DNA from: Tubiluchus corallicola
Lineage: Eukaryota > Animalia > Priapulida
Assembly (NCBI GenBank): GCA_030141605.1
Contig: JAQGDQ010000366.1
Span: forward strand, 169,350 to 233,349
DNA length: 64,000 nucleotides
Reading direction: 5' to 3'
The number at the start of each line of letters is the position of its first letter. Positions within the stretch are counted from its first letter, which is position 1. Shown one piece after another: positions 12,381-25,080 of the stretch. The notes under the pieces are model-generated. The model saw only the letters and a list, made by a program, of their open reading frames with translations, was not told the DNA's origin and made no database searches. A program made the position numbers and the translations under genes.

Positions 12381-12559
12381 AATAAACATGTCCCGAAATT
12401 CATATATGCATATGAAGTTATATATCTTTTAAGAGGTTCCATAAATGAAAAACAAATAACAAACTACATATATGATTAACATAAATTTTACAAAGTCATG
12501 ACAGTTTATATATTTACATTCTATGTACAGGACATTGTGTTTATAGTTAGCTTCGTTTT

Positions 12560-13480
12560 TCTTTTTCTTCACAAGTTTCTCCAATACTTCCACTCTGTCC
12601 TTTCTCTTCTTTTGGTGAAATAGGACTTCTCCTGATGTTGATGTATGCTAGCTTGGTTCCGGAGTTGCATATGTACATGGAGCATTCTTTTCCAATCTGG
12701 GTAAATGAGATTTCCGGCTTTTCTTCAGTTTCAATGCAAGACCTTTTGTGTGCTTCTTCCTAGCTTTCCTTTCTTCTCTTGCCACATTTCTCTTCACTTC
12801 AGCTTTACTAGCTAATGACTTCTTTAATTTGAGTTTACTGGCTCTCAATTCTTTTGCACTTCTCTTTCGCAGGAGCACTGTTTTGTATACAGAGGCTGCC
12901 TGTGTCATATTGTAGCACAGTTTTGGATCAACAGGGTCATGGTTTACATCCTTCCTTTTGAAATATTCAACTGCACTTGCCCTTTTAGTGTTCAAGTGCT
13001 GCTTTACAGTTTGGATAGCACTATAGGTGTTAAGATTCATCTGACAGGCTCTAATGTTTATAACATCTCCCATTGTGTTAAATGTTGACTCCACCTGTGG
13101 GCCTTGAATTATACTCAATACAGCAAACACAACCTTGCACACTTTGTTGCACTTCTTAGAATCTAACTTTGACCCACCAACTATCTACCCTCTGATGTTC
13201 CTCACTTATGGCTGGTAAATTTGCATCAACTTGCAGTTTGCAAACTACCAAATCAAAGGTTTCCTCCTCTTCCTCACTGAGCACACAGGCCTTATCTTTT
13301 AATGACTTCAATGTGGCCATCGTCAAGTTGTGACCTATTGCAGCTGAATCAATTGCTGAAGCAGCTTGTAGGATCTTATTTTCCAGTGGAAGTGTCACCT
13401 GCATGTATTTCCCAGACACCTTGAATGCTATTACAACATTTGTCAGGAAACTTCTGCAAACAGGATCATCTTTCCTCGAT
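12560..13480 (-). mobile_element. Degenerate hAT-like transposase C-terminus
   Basis: VDSWW ... VLSIIQGPQVESTFNTMGDVI...TYSAIQTVK resembles the hAT dimerization region. It is split across frames. Confidence 0.65.
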
Positions 13481-13976
13481 TCACTACCTTTTATAAAATA
13501 GGCGAGGTTATGGTGATGTTGTCAGAATTACATTATTGCGAAATTATCTCTTTTTATTGCTCTTTTTAAAAGTCTCTTGGAGCTAGACTTTTTCCCCTTT
13601 TTTCCAGTTTTGTTTTCTTCAAAACTATAACTAGTGTGAGTTTACCCAATCTGAAGACTATACACTTTTTTAATTACTCCTAGTGTTTCCATTCGTGTCA
13701 GTTCTTCCTCCAATTATCCATGTAGTGCAATGGGCCGTTGCGACATGGATGTACCACTCCAGGCGGCTTCACATTTTTATCAACTGCTACGCTATGTAGA
13801 GCTGGCAAGCATCCTAAACTGATAAAAACATATGCAAACTCCTCCTTGAGCTCTACATACTCCTGGTATCTTTCACCACTATCTGTGGTGTGGCTGGTTT
13901 CTTCTAGCAGATAAACTTGTTTCAGTATTCCTCGCTGTTCATCTGCATCACTGCCAAGTATAGGTATCAAATGGCA

Positions 13977-14199
13977 TTAATGCACCATTCAATTGATTAA
14001 ATACGAATAAGAAAAAGTAAGCCAACGAATTAAACAATACATCAGTAGTGAAATTAATGCACTATTCAATTGATTACATACGAATAAGAAAAAGTAAGCC
14101 AACGAATTAAACAATACATCAGTAGTGAAATTAATGCACTATTCAATTGATTAAATACGAATAAGAAAAAGTAAGCCAACGAATTAAACAATACATCAG
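13977..14199. repeat. 77-bp tandem repeat, ~3 copies
   Basis: ATTCAATTGATT recurs at 13987, 14064 and 14141. Confidence 0.92.
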
Positions 14200-15024
14200 T
14201 GGAATATCTTAACTCTAATAATAAACAAATTATACGTAATATAGTGAAAAAATAACAAACACCAAATTTATCTGAAAAATGGGCCAAAAAATTGTTAAAA
14301 TACTTAATAAAAGTGACTTTTATTAAATATTTCAACAACTAATTTGAAAAAAACAAGCTTATAGGTGAGGTAATATGATAACGTAAAATGTACATTATAC
14401 AAAAAATCATGTGATTACATATATAACTGATTTTAGAAAAATGTGCGAGGTTGTAGATGAGACAAGTAATATGATAACGAAATTACATGATATCATTACA
14501 GATGTAATATATTGACAATATAATGCAATGTAAAAATATGAATTGAAAGCATGGCTCGGTATACTGGACAACAGTGAGATGGAGGAACTGAGGGCAGCCC
14601 GGCTTATCCAATAGGAACGAATGATTCGCCATCGCCGGGCTGAGGGCATCGATTGGGTTTCTTACGAGTCTCTGCTGTTTTTACGAGTTTGTAAATGAAA
14701 TCTGAATGAAATGTCACTAGACAAAACCATATGACGATAACGAAATATTAAAAATGTTTTAAATGACGATGATGGTAATGAGGTAGTTCTAGATGAAGGA
14801 TGTTAATAAGTTGCAAATGACGAAGATAGTAATGAGGCGGTTCTAGCTAGAGGGTGTTAATAAATTGTACAGGACTCATCGGAGTCCTGTAGAGGGGAGG
14901 GGAACGCTAATCCCAAATACAGACGCAGTGGCGGCTCGTGGATAAGTACTACGGAACTGCAGCACCCCCTATTTTCACTCGATAGTATAGACGTACTCTG
15001 TTTCCGCACATATACAAAGAAAGA

Positions 15025-15282
15025 ACTAGAGAATAAGAGGGTAGTGCTGTTTGTTTCACAGCCCAACAGAGTACGCTTCTGTACACATGTCTGAGCCCAG
15101 GTAGAGAAAGTACTGTCGCTCACACAGAGCACGTGAGGGTAGTGCTGTTTGTTTCACAGCCCAACAGAGTACGCTCCAGCAACACTGTGAACTAGAGAAC
15201 AAGAGGGTAGTGCTGTTTGTTTCACAACCCAACAGAGTACGCTTCTGTACATATGTCTGAGCCCAGGTAGAGAAAGTACTGA
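15025..15282. repeat. Irregular tandem repeats (GAGGGTAGTGCTGTTTGTTTCACA...)
   Basis: Three copies of the core. A related sequence lies at ~27900-28075. Confidence 0.8.
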
Positions 15283-16580
15283 AATTTTTATCAGCTGCTA
15301 CGCTATGTAGAGCTGGCAAGCATCCTAAACTGATAAAAACATATGCAAACTCCTCCTTGAGCTCTACATACTCCTGGTATCTTTCACCACTATCTGTGAT
15401 GCGGCTGGTTTCTTCTAGCAGATAAACTTGTTTCAGTATTCCTCGCTGTTCATCTGCATCACCGCCAAGTATAGGCACCAATTCCGTTTGGCTACTAAAA
15501 ACTATATTTTCTCTGCCTCTGTGATTGATATGCAATATAGGTATGTGACCTCCTATATGCGACGTAATTCTATGAGCAGAATGCAATTTTGATCATTTCT
15601 TCAACCTTTAGAAATCATCTTCTGGTAAATATTTAAGTGTGATCCAATGTCTTATTTCATTTGCACCTCCACTCCATGAAAGTCCATTCGTATCATTTAT
15701 TTTGACTGTGACGCTGAGCTACGGATCTCATTAACGAACAAATGATTTACTTCCTCATCTCTACTCTGATTGCCGTCACTAGAGCAAGTAAAATCCTGAT
15801 CAGTAGTATGTACAACTGCTCTGCACACACTAGCAAAATGTTTTGTTTTCCATACTAGAAGCAACTTTTGCAATAAACCGGACATTTAAATTCGGCATGA
15901 GTCGATCCACAAAACTTGTATTTGTTCTGATTTCATTCCATAAAGTTAGTTCTCTTTTTAACTCTACAGGCAATTGTTGTTGCTGTTTGAAGGTTTTATA
16001 TGCTGGTTTTTAGTTTTATCCAGAGCCAGTTCTTGCACCGATATTGGCATAATTTCCCTTGCTTGGGCTTTAGTGGCTTGTGCAGCATGACACGTATCTA
16101 GGCATTTTGACAATGTTAAGTCATCCTCTCGTAAAAGTCTTTCTTTCAGTGCAGGAGGTGCTGTACACATGATCCATTCGCTTATTAACGAGTCATGCAT
16201 ATCTCCAAAGGCACAGTCTTTTAGCCTTAGGTGGTTTAAGTACTGTTCGATGGTCTCCCCTTCCTTGCTGTCACTTGTGAAAAATTTATGGCTGTCATAG
16301 ATTTCATTAGTTATATATGTTTATTGACTGATTAAGAGATAGTGGAACATGATATTTTGGTTCAGTCCATAGTTCACTACAAAAAAGGACTTTTGATCAT
16401 ATAACATGATCCAAGAATAGCTAAAGAATTATTTACAAATTATCACTACACACTCACAAAAATCGCTAAAAAGTTATTTACAAATTCACAATATGACTTT
16501 GGATTTCCATTGAAAAGTTCATACAGCTCATTGAAGTTCAGTTCAGTGTTATTTTCACGAAGTGATTTAAAGTGAAGATA

Positions 16581-17856
16581 CAGTCTAACCTCGTTATCTC
16601 GCCACTGTCCATCTAGGGCAAATTTTTGGCGAGAGGCGAGTATGGCGAGATAATGGGAATATAACGAAGTTAGTCTATATGTATATACATACTGTACATA
16701 ATAGTTGATTAACATAGTGTTCCTCTATGTACATATAAAATATATTTCGCATTATGATACCAATCAACATTAAATCAAAAATGAAAAAATGTCATTTTGG
16801 CTCACAGTGTTTCCGAAATCTGTGTAAAATTATGTCTGGATTCACCCTATCATCATCGTCCAGACCCTATGAGTTGAAGATTTTTAGGCCGTCTTGGCCT
16901 ATCCAGTCCATACAAGGTGTATTTATTCCTGATAAATCTCCCATTATTTCTTGGCACTGAGTTTCATTGAAGCAATTATACGTAGCGTTTAAAATTATTG
17001 TACAGACAACATAGTTCGTAGTAAGCTATTGCGTCGCACACTGTAGAAGTGTACATAAAAGTTTGCTGTTTTACTCACTGACGTGCCCTCACTTGCTATG
17101 TCAAGACTTCAAGTTCACTGTCTCGGAAAACCAGTTGTTTTTTTTTTGCGCACAGATCTGACCGTCGGGGCTTTCGCACTACTTTCGCGGGAACGTGCCA
17201 ACGTAGTCTCCTGCTGAGAGTCCGTGCGTTTACAGCTATGCCTTTCTGATATTAAACTTCCTTGAAAACTGGTATTTCTCTCAGCTTCCCGGTGTTTGGC
17301 AGTGTAAGTCCGTTTCCACTGGCTGCCACCATGTAATATTATGTACTAGAACACAGTATTTATATGTAAATTTCCTTTTTTTGTTCAGGATTAAGACAAA
17401 ACAGTTTTCGCTTCAGAGACATCATGTAAAGTTGCTCACACTTTGTGGAAACTCAAACTTAAACGCAGCTTTGGTGTTATAGAGTAAGGATATCGGTGAC
17501 GCTTTAGTTTCTCTGCGCATTAACCAACCACAGCACTCCTAATCTAATCCTGGTGAGACACACACTAGATTAATTATGTCTGTCTATCGAGTACAGCAGC
17601 ATTGTCTACATACCGCGGTTATATTGATCGACACACGGTATATGTATTGATCGATTCACCTCTGAATTTGTCTGTTTGGCAACATAACGAATATAGTTTA
17701 CATAAGCACTCATCCTAGCATGACATGGTGAGGGCGAGAAGCGAGGGTGGCGACTTAACGAGGTAAATATCAAAGCAGGAAATCCATCCTGGTTCTTTCT
17801 ATGGTGAGAGACGAGTTTGGCGGCATAACGAGGGGCGAGATAACGAGGTTAGACTG
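16581..17856. mobile_element. Non-autonomous Tc1/mariner-pogo element, 1276 bp
   Basis: Perfect 23-bp TIR CAGTCTAACCTCGTTATCTCGCC with a TA TSD on both sides. Confidence 0.9.
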
Positions 17857-18351
17857 TACATACAGTACTGTTTGAAAGTGTGGTAAAGAGTTTTCCCTCA
17901 GTTCTCAAATTTAAGCCTTTTGAAATTCTCTTCTTCTTCTGCAAAATTTCCTTTTAACTGCAATGGCGATGGAGGTTTGAACTTCAAGTTGGTTGCTATA
18001 GTATTGTGGCGTTTCGTTTTGTCCTCCAGCAGCTACTGTTTGTGTGAACTTCTTACAGTTTATTTCTGTCACCTCGTGTTGATGTCAGAATTACAGTATT
18101 GCAAAAGCAAGCTAGTCCGCTGAAAGTTGAAACTAGGCATTATTATTTATGAAATCACTATTTATTTAAACACTAAATACTTTCATGTCGATGTCCAGCT
18201 CCACACACAAAGCAAGGCTGCATGTCTTCGGTTGCTATAAAACTAAGTGTGGATGACTGCACAGCACCACCTATAATTAAGCTACATAATTAACATCACA
18301 GTTATATTGCCATACGCTTTACAGTTGCACGCTGTATATATATATATCTCA

Positions 18352-18371
18352 GTAACTCAGAAATTCAGGCA

Positions 18372-18405
<34 letters not shown>

Positions 18406-18425
18406 TGCCTGAATTTCTGAGTTAC
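18352..18425. repeat. Perfect 74-bp palindrome centred on (AT)15
   Basis: GTAACTCAGAAATTCAGGCATG-(AT)15-CATGCCTGAATTTCTGAGTTAC. Confidence 0.93.
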
Positions 18426-18690
18426 ATGTACATGTATCATAAAAGCTTAAAAAATTTTGTTAAGATGTTCTTAAAAGATGCTCCACTTATTACTTCTCAC
18501 TTTAATCATGCACTTTAATATTAATGCATGATGTATAGTCCCCTTCTGGCACTACACGCCGTCATCTCCTTGGAATTTATTAAACAGTAAGGCTTTGGCA
18601 GGTTGTGTTCATGGACTTTCCTCCTGACAAGATTTTTAAAAATGAAAGTGTAGGGTTAAATTCCTGTATCATTCTCGGGTTTGATATTAA

Positions 18691-18862
18691 CCCTTTCATA
18701 CCCATTGTATCCCGTGGGATACAACAATATTTTCTGTCTTTAAAATGAATAAAGTTTTAAAACTGACAGTTATTTGATCTGTTAATAGTTATTTTGATTT
18801 AAGCCAATAACAATAGACTAAAAATGGTGATAAAATGTCAAACAAGAAAATCTACATAGCAT
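18691..18862 (+). mobile_element. piggyBac-like MITE, left part
   Basis: TTAA|CCCTTTCATACCC terminus; highly similar to 60158-60327. Confidence 0.7.
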
Positions 18863-19579
18863 TAAAACCTGCTATTCCGTCAGCACTTACTAAGTGCTCA
18901 AATACAATGTTTTGCCAATTTTTTTAGATTTTTTACTTTCTTTACTGGCTTTTTATGATTTAGACAAACTTATGTGTAATTTTCTTGCATTTTTATGCAC
19001 TTTTGAAGTCAAATTCTCGAATGCCGACTCTATACTGTGATGCTTTAGTACGAATTTAAGAATTTCTTGCAATGTTTTTTTTGATTTGTTCATGTTGCAA
19101 TTGTTATTCATTTTGGCATTGCAAAGGTGTTGCTATATTTACAATATTTTGATACTGCTTTGTTATTAGTATGCACAATTTTACACATTTTGATATTTTA
19201 GTTTTATTGGTCAAATTAAAGGTAGTTGATGCTCTGGTGTTGCACTCTGATACCTTTGAACTGTGTAATACCATATTTTTGCACTTCATTTTGATACTAG
19301 CGCCTTTATTACTTAATTTATTTTTGATTATATTTAAAATTTTGTATTATCAGTTTAGTAACTGATTCCTTATAGTAGATGGATGTGCATTTTAATACAT
19401 ACATAATTAAGTGATATTTTAATTTTGCTCTTCCATTGTTCACTACTGAATTTACATTAAGCGATGTATTATAGTTACTACCTTGTACTTTAACATTTCA
19501 TTGTTCTCGCTTGGTCCACGGAGAAATGAGCCTTTAACTTAATTGTTTATATCTTAATCGATATCAAGGTTAATATTAA

Positions 19580-19920
19580 TGAAGGTGCAGATCCATGATA
19601 AATAAATTTTGAAGACAAACGTGAAAAGCAGGAAATACGACTGCTTGAAACAGCTTGGATTTGAACCAGCTATCTTGGAAACTCTAAAATTTGAAATGCA
19701 GCACTGGCTGACAGTTGCTGTAGGAATGAATTTTTGAATGTCTTGATCACTGGGGAGAACATGTACACAGTCTAGCAGTATTTATATAGGACATAGGATT
19801 TATGGGCAGAGAGTCCCTGGTTCAAATCCAGGACGTTCCCCAACTATTCACATTTCCTGCTTTTCATGTTTTTTTCGAAATTCAATTAGTTGTTGGTTTA
19901 TACCTTCAAACTTTCACTTA
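19580..19920. mobile_element. Old palindromic (foldback) element with B-box-like motifs in both arms
   Basis: GAAAAGCAGGAAAT...GGATTTGAACCAG on the left mirrors CTGGTTCAAATCC...ATTTCCTGCTTTTC on the right. Confidence 0.55.
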
Positions 19921-22900
19921 ACTGTGAATATTCACAATGATCAGTGATTCTGTTTTTTGACTGTTTTTTTTCTCATTTGTTATTGCTCCAAATTTTCCAA
20001 ATAAATAAGAATTTAAATCTAGTCTTAATCTTAATCTAGTTTCAATTTGTTTGACACGTCGTTTTACAAAAGATCTTGTGACAAGCTGTCCGGAACATTT
20101 GAGGTTCTAGAACATACGGGCTGCCTCCACTGGTAGTTCACTTTATTGTTAAGTGCCAACGACAATTTGATATTTTACAATTACACCTCTAAAAGCAAAG
20201 AAGTATGGCCAATACAAAATTTGAACACACCGATCTAGTTCAGGCTAATTGATTCTCGAAATTTAATGATGTTCATTAATATAACAGGTTATAATAATTA
20301 TAGGTAGAGTTGAGATTATATCATAGCTATGCAAAGTGACATAAAAATGTGGACGATATATTTATGAATAGCTTAGATTTTAGATATTACTGCAGTGTAT
20401 TTTTACGTATCTTTTTACTAATATACAAACATGACAGAGAAAATCACCTGTGGAAAATGTGTCAGTGATAACTTATTGGCAACATGACACAGACATAGGT
20501 TGCTGAAAGAAATTTATGGATAAAGAAGTGTAAGAACTATCACAGCAGAAGGTAGGTGCAACGATCATCAACCATTTCAGTTGTGGCAATTATCATTCAT
20601 CAATGCGATCTACAGAAAACTTAGAAGACGGTTCATCATTATAATGGTCCATACTGTAAGCACGTTTTAGGAATCGGTAGGTTTCTGCGCTCTTGACCAT
20701 CAGTTTTTCAGCACAGGATGACTTGGATGATGCAGGTGGTCCTCAGGCAGGCCTATAAAAGCGATGTTCACGCTCAACAGACTTTTTCTTCTGCTAGATA
20801 GAGAATATAGCCCAATACAGTAAGTCAGGTTAATAATAAAATATGTGTACTCTGCAAAATTATGCCTTTAACAAAAATAAAAAGGTTTTTTGCCATTGTT
20901 TTATGTTGAGATTTTTTCAACCTCACTGCATTCTGACATTGTTGACTATTGAGTAGTTTAACACAAGTATTTAGTAGTTGGTTGTGCTTGTTCTTTTTTT
21001 CCGATTAAGGAGTTAAGTGTGGTGCGCACAAAAAGCTATTTGATCTGAATTCTAACCGTTCGGCGGTGCATATATTAAGAAGAAAGTTTAGTTTACAGTT
21101 CACTTTATAAAAATTTATATGGATGACCGATTTAAAACCGTGTTTTAGTTTTTTAGTAAATTGTAATATAAAGGAGGAATAGTAATTTTATTAATTTAAA
21201 TCGTAGTTATATTTTATGTCCCGATTTCTTCATGATGCGCTGTACTGATATGCTGATTTCTTGCGATAAGTTAGGTAAGGCACGATTTAAGGGTGGCGTC
21301 TATAATTTACTTGAGTGTTTCCACCGCACTGCTTTTTTTTACAAAACGCCGGCATGCCATGTATTGGCTGAATGAGAATTAGCCGACATAACGATCTTTT
21401 CATGTAATTGTTATTCTTTGAGACTTAAGTTAAGCTTAAACATTTTTTATATGAAATGTGAATGAAATAATAATTTTGCGGTAAAATGCAATGCATTTGG
21501 ATAATTTTTTTCCTTTAATCAGGTTATAATAATGAAACAGTTTGGTACAGAATAAGTAATTATTGCTATTGCTAAAGTGACTATTGTCAATATCTCCCTT
21601 TTCTATATTTTTGACATAACTTTTTAATATATCTGTAATACCCTGTTAATAATTTCAGTTTTTTGGACTTGATCTTTCAGTTTTGATGTCAATTTCAATG
21701 TAAATTTTGGAATAACATCAACGAAAAATTCTTATCTATAAATAACTCCAAAAGAAATTTTTGAAGTGAAATCTTTTCTAATTATACAGAATTAATAAAT
21801 TTGACTAATTATATAGCTGTCCCTGTTGCAATCATGACATTGCTGACTATGACGATTTCTATAGTTCGCGTTACTTCATACAGATACCATCACATCTTTC
21901 TCTGTCTTTGTGTTCTCTATTAACTTTTCTTTTCTACTCTTTTACTGCTCTTTTCTACTTTTCTACAAAAGTACCCCACCGGTCATTTGCAGCTTGGCAT
22001 CTTATGTAGATAATAATAAATACGTTTTCAAATTCTTTTAAATGCTATGCTATAATGATTGTTGTGGATATATTTAATAATTAATAAATAAGCCAGTATA
22101 TCCATATATCATTACAGGTAACGTTAGTAAGCTTTAAAATTATGTGAAAGAGCTCGTCTAATCACTGAGCAAACGAGCAAGGCGAATAGATTTCCCATAT
22201 TGCATGAACACGAGTAGAGAGAGTCTGGTGTAACTTTAATAAATTGGCAATTAAGTTTTTCTTGTTATTCACATATCCTGAATCTCCATTTCATGAGGAT
22301 TATTTTGATACCAAGTTCATCGCTCCATGTTATTTCTAAGCTGAGATAATCCACGTTGAAGTTGAGGTGCAGGCTGCATACTGAAAAACATGATTTTGAG
22401 AAAATCACTGTTAAAGTTCGCCATTGTTTTTTTGTCACTTTGTTTACAGCACGTACATCAGTGTAACCACGTGTATATCTCTATGTATGAAAATATAGAA
22501 TCAATTGTGCGGAGTTATTTGAGTGAATTGCAGACAGTTTTTATATACTTTTGCATAGGAGCGGCCAGTACTTAGGCATTTTTGAGACAATTAGGTATCA
22601 TGTATCCTTGATAGTTGGGTATTTTAAATTATGCATGAAACAAGGTAATTGATATTTTAAGTCCATTTAGAGTCTCTCTATGGTCACAAAATTGCAATTT
22701 GTTGCTGGCTCCAAAACCCTCAGCCTGTTTCAGAGTTTTTTGCAATTTGTCATTCTCATCCCTGGTACAGTCCCATATTTGCAAATACTTGCTATTTATT
22801 TGTTTCAATGCAGCGGAGAAATTAGCTGAACTTTTTAAGTTGGGTGCTGTAAATTTGTTTGTGCACTGGTTTTTGCAAATTTTAATTTTTGCCGATAATT

Positions 22901-23510
22901 TGTTCTACCGATCATAGCTAGCAGTTATCATTAGGAACAAAACTACAGTGAGATTTACAGTTCTTGCTGACATTGCTTTTTTTTGTTGTTGCATTCGCGA
23001 CTTGTTCAGTTGTTGTTTTAATTTTTAATTGCATTATTTGCTTAAAATTATAATATAACTGCTTTGCATTTTGTTTATTTGCTACACTTAACACCTAACC
23101 ACGTTTTATTCACTTAACCATGTAGTCTGTCGTGCTTTATAATATTTCTAAGTTATATAGGGGTGGCTGACTCGATGACCTCCTGGTCTTTCGCCACCCC
23201 ATCTCTACATACTTTACATAATTTGTTGTATTTGCGCTATAAATATTATATTACAGATAAATAAACCTTTGAATTGAATTGAATCTACAAAACTGTATAA
23301 ACTTTGTATGTTTTGCACCTTTCCAAAAAATATATATGTGCACTTGAAAAGTCGTTAGAGGAATCCACGTTTTTTAACATGTAGCTTCTATCATGGGTGT
23401 TTTATCGTTACATTGTGATAATAAGTTATTAATGTGATTAATTTTTTCTTTAGTTGTGCATAGTAGTTAGATTTACGAAGCTTCCTAGACACCTCACCAG
23501 GGCGGCGGCA

Positions 23511-23592
23511 ATGGGAAAGCTGCTGTCGAAGATATTTGGCAACAAGGAAATGAGGATTCTTATGCTGGGGCTGGATGCTGCCGGAAAAACGA
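23511..23592 (+). CDS. ARF6: ADP-ribosylation factor 6, coding exon 1
   Basis: Encodes [27 protein letters not shown], with myristoylation Gly2 and the P-loop. The four exons sum to 528 nt = 175 aa + stop, the canonical ARF6 length. Confidence 0.97.
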
Positions 23593-24081
23593 GTATCCTT
23601 GCCAAATAAAGTTCCGCAAATTCGCTGTACTTCATAGTACTTGTCGTAGTATATAGACATTGATTCTAAAATGGAAATCTCGGTGGAATTTTTGATTTAG
23701 GAAAGGCTTTAAGTGTTGTGAGCTTATATTTCTTTGGCATTTGAACGAAGATTCTAAAATTTCTGAAGTAATTTTAGCTTGGTGTCACCAATGTAAGCAA
23801 AACTTGTGTTTTTGCATTGCAATGTTATTCTTTGTTAAACGCTGGGCGCGTTCTTGCAAATTTGTCACCAAGACGACCCGGTCGAATTTGTCTGGCTTAT
23901 TTCCTGATTTTAAAGCGGAAGAAAAAGCAATTTTAAAGCACATCCCAAACAACTTTCCATGCAAAGTTATTTTACTTAGCATTACGCTTACCTGCTTGAA
24001 AGGCTTATGTAATTCGAAAAAGAAAATTTTTTTCGAAATGAATTTTTTAAGCTGTATTCATGAAGAGTTGTTGTCCTTTAA

Positions 24082-24667
24082 TGAAAAACAGAATGATTCT
24101 TCATATATTAAGCCATTTTCACATCCGATAAAAAGCATACATGTTAACACAGTTAATACTGCAAAAGCGTTTCTGATCATTAAATAATAGGGGATTAAAA
24201 TCTTAATTAACGGCAGGCGAGTCCAACTATTGATGACATCACAAACTAACACTATTTTCAACAGCAAAAATATTCCACGAATATTTGCGAAAGCGAAAAT
24301 TGAAGTAAAGTGCTACTGTCAAGATATTTAGTGTGTTGTATTAAAACCCCTCCAGTTTTAAGATAAAAATTCAAATTTCAAATTTAATGCTGTGCTCACG
24401 CATGAGCTGTAAAGCACAAACTAATGCATCTGAACTGAGAGGTACAGCAGCTGTGACCGTCTGTAAATGCGGGCGCTAGTGACCGTCTAATTAGCGAATG
24501 GCGAAATGCATGTAACAGCGAAGAACTAGTGGCACGAATGCAAAATTCTTTTTGTGTGGTAATAATTCCTTCACGTAAAGCATACATAAAAAATAGCATG
24601 TTTCCTTTCAATGTTTTAAAAACTAGACTGTTTTGACCTGCAGTTTGAGATTGGGTCCGGTTTTGCT
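24082..24667 (-). mobile_element. TTAA MITE family B copy inside ARF6 intron
   Basis: Reverse-complement homolog of 4005-4614, with TTAA on both sides. Confidence 0.75.
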
Positions 24668-25080
24668 TTAAGTTGACTTTAGTTTTTTCATCTGGCTTTG
24701 ACTTCGTTATTCACAGTTTATCTGGGGTAATTAACTTACGTTGTTTCAACCTAATTGCTTATAGAAGTCTTTAAGACTCATCATTTATAATGTCTAATAT
24801 GATCTTAAACATATTATCATTTTGTAAATTTTGTAAAAGACACTTTCCTTGTGCTACATTTTCCTGGCACCAGTTCAACTTTTGCAGTACTAAACTTTCC
24901 CCGCACCAAAGCTGAAGATTGTAAGCAAAACCTTGTTTTAGCAAAATATATAAAAATATCGTAAGTTGTAGGTCTACTTGTGTAGGATAAAAAGATTGTT
25001 GCATTTTTCTATAAACAAATTTTATAATTTAAAACTTAAAATCTCTAAGCATCATATGCTAGTGCTTGTAAACACGTTGC

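Larger units (their letters stand above)
13700..18300 (-). mobile_element. Degenerate Gypsy retrotransposon (LTR, gag, start of pol) with nested insertions
   Basis: LTR-like TG...CA at 18077-18300 followed by a PBS-like GGTGACAGAA. Gag fragments LKFKPPSPLQLKGNFAEE and LKERLLREDDLTLSKCLDTC; pol fragment PILG...EEFAYVFISLGCLP...VVHPCR. Confidence 0.75.

Noticed and set aside
17140-17310. CpG-richer segment with a GTAAGT donor as the ARF6 5'-UTR exon
   Set aside because: It lies inside the TIR element 16581-17856, and nothing links it to ARF6.
19790-19840. tRNA gene
   Set aside because: Only a B-box/T-arm-like motif is present; there is no cloverleaf or acceptor stem.
20750-20826. TATAAAA followed by a GTAAGT donor as the ARF6 promoter and first exon
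   Set aside because: Plausible, but such motifs are frequent in AT-rich DNA and cannot be supported without transcript data.
23160-23200. SECIS or hammerhead interpretation of the stem-loop
   Set aside because: It lacks the UGAN/NGAN quartet with apical AA, and the CUGAnGA/GAAA core. A LINE 3' structure explains it better.
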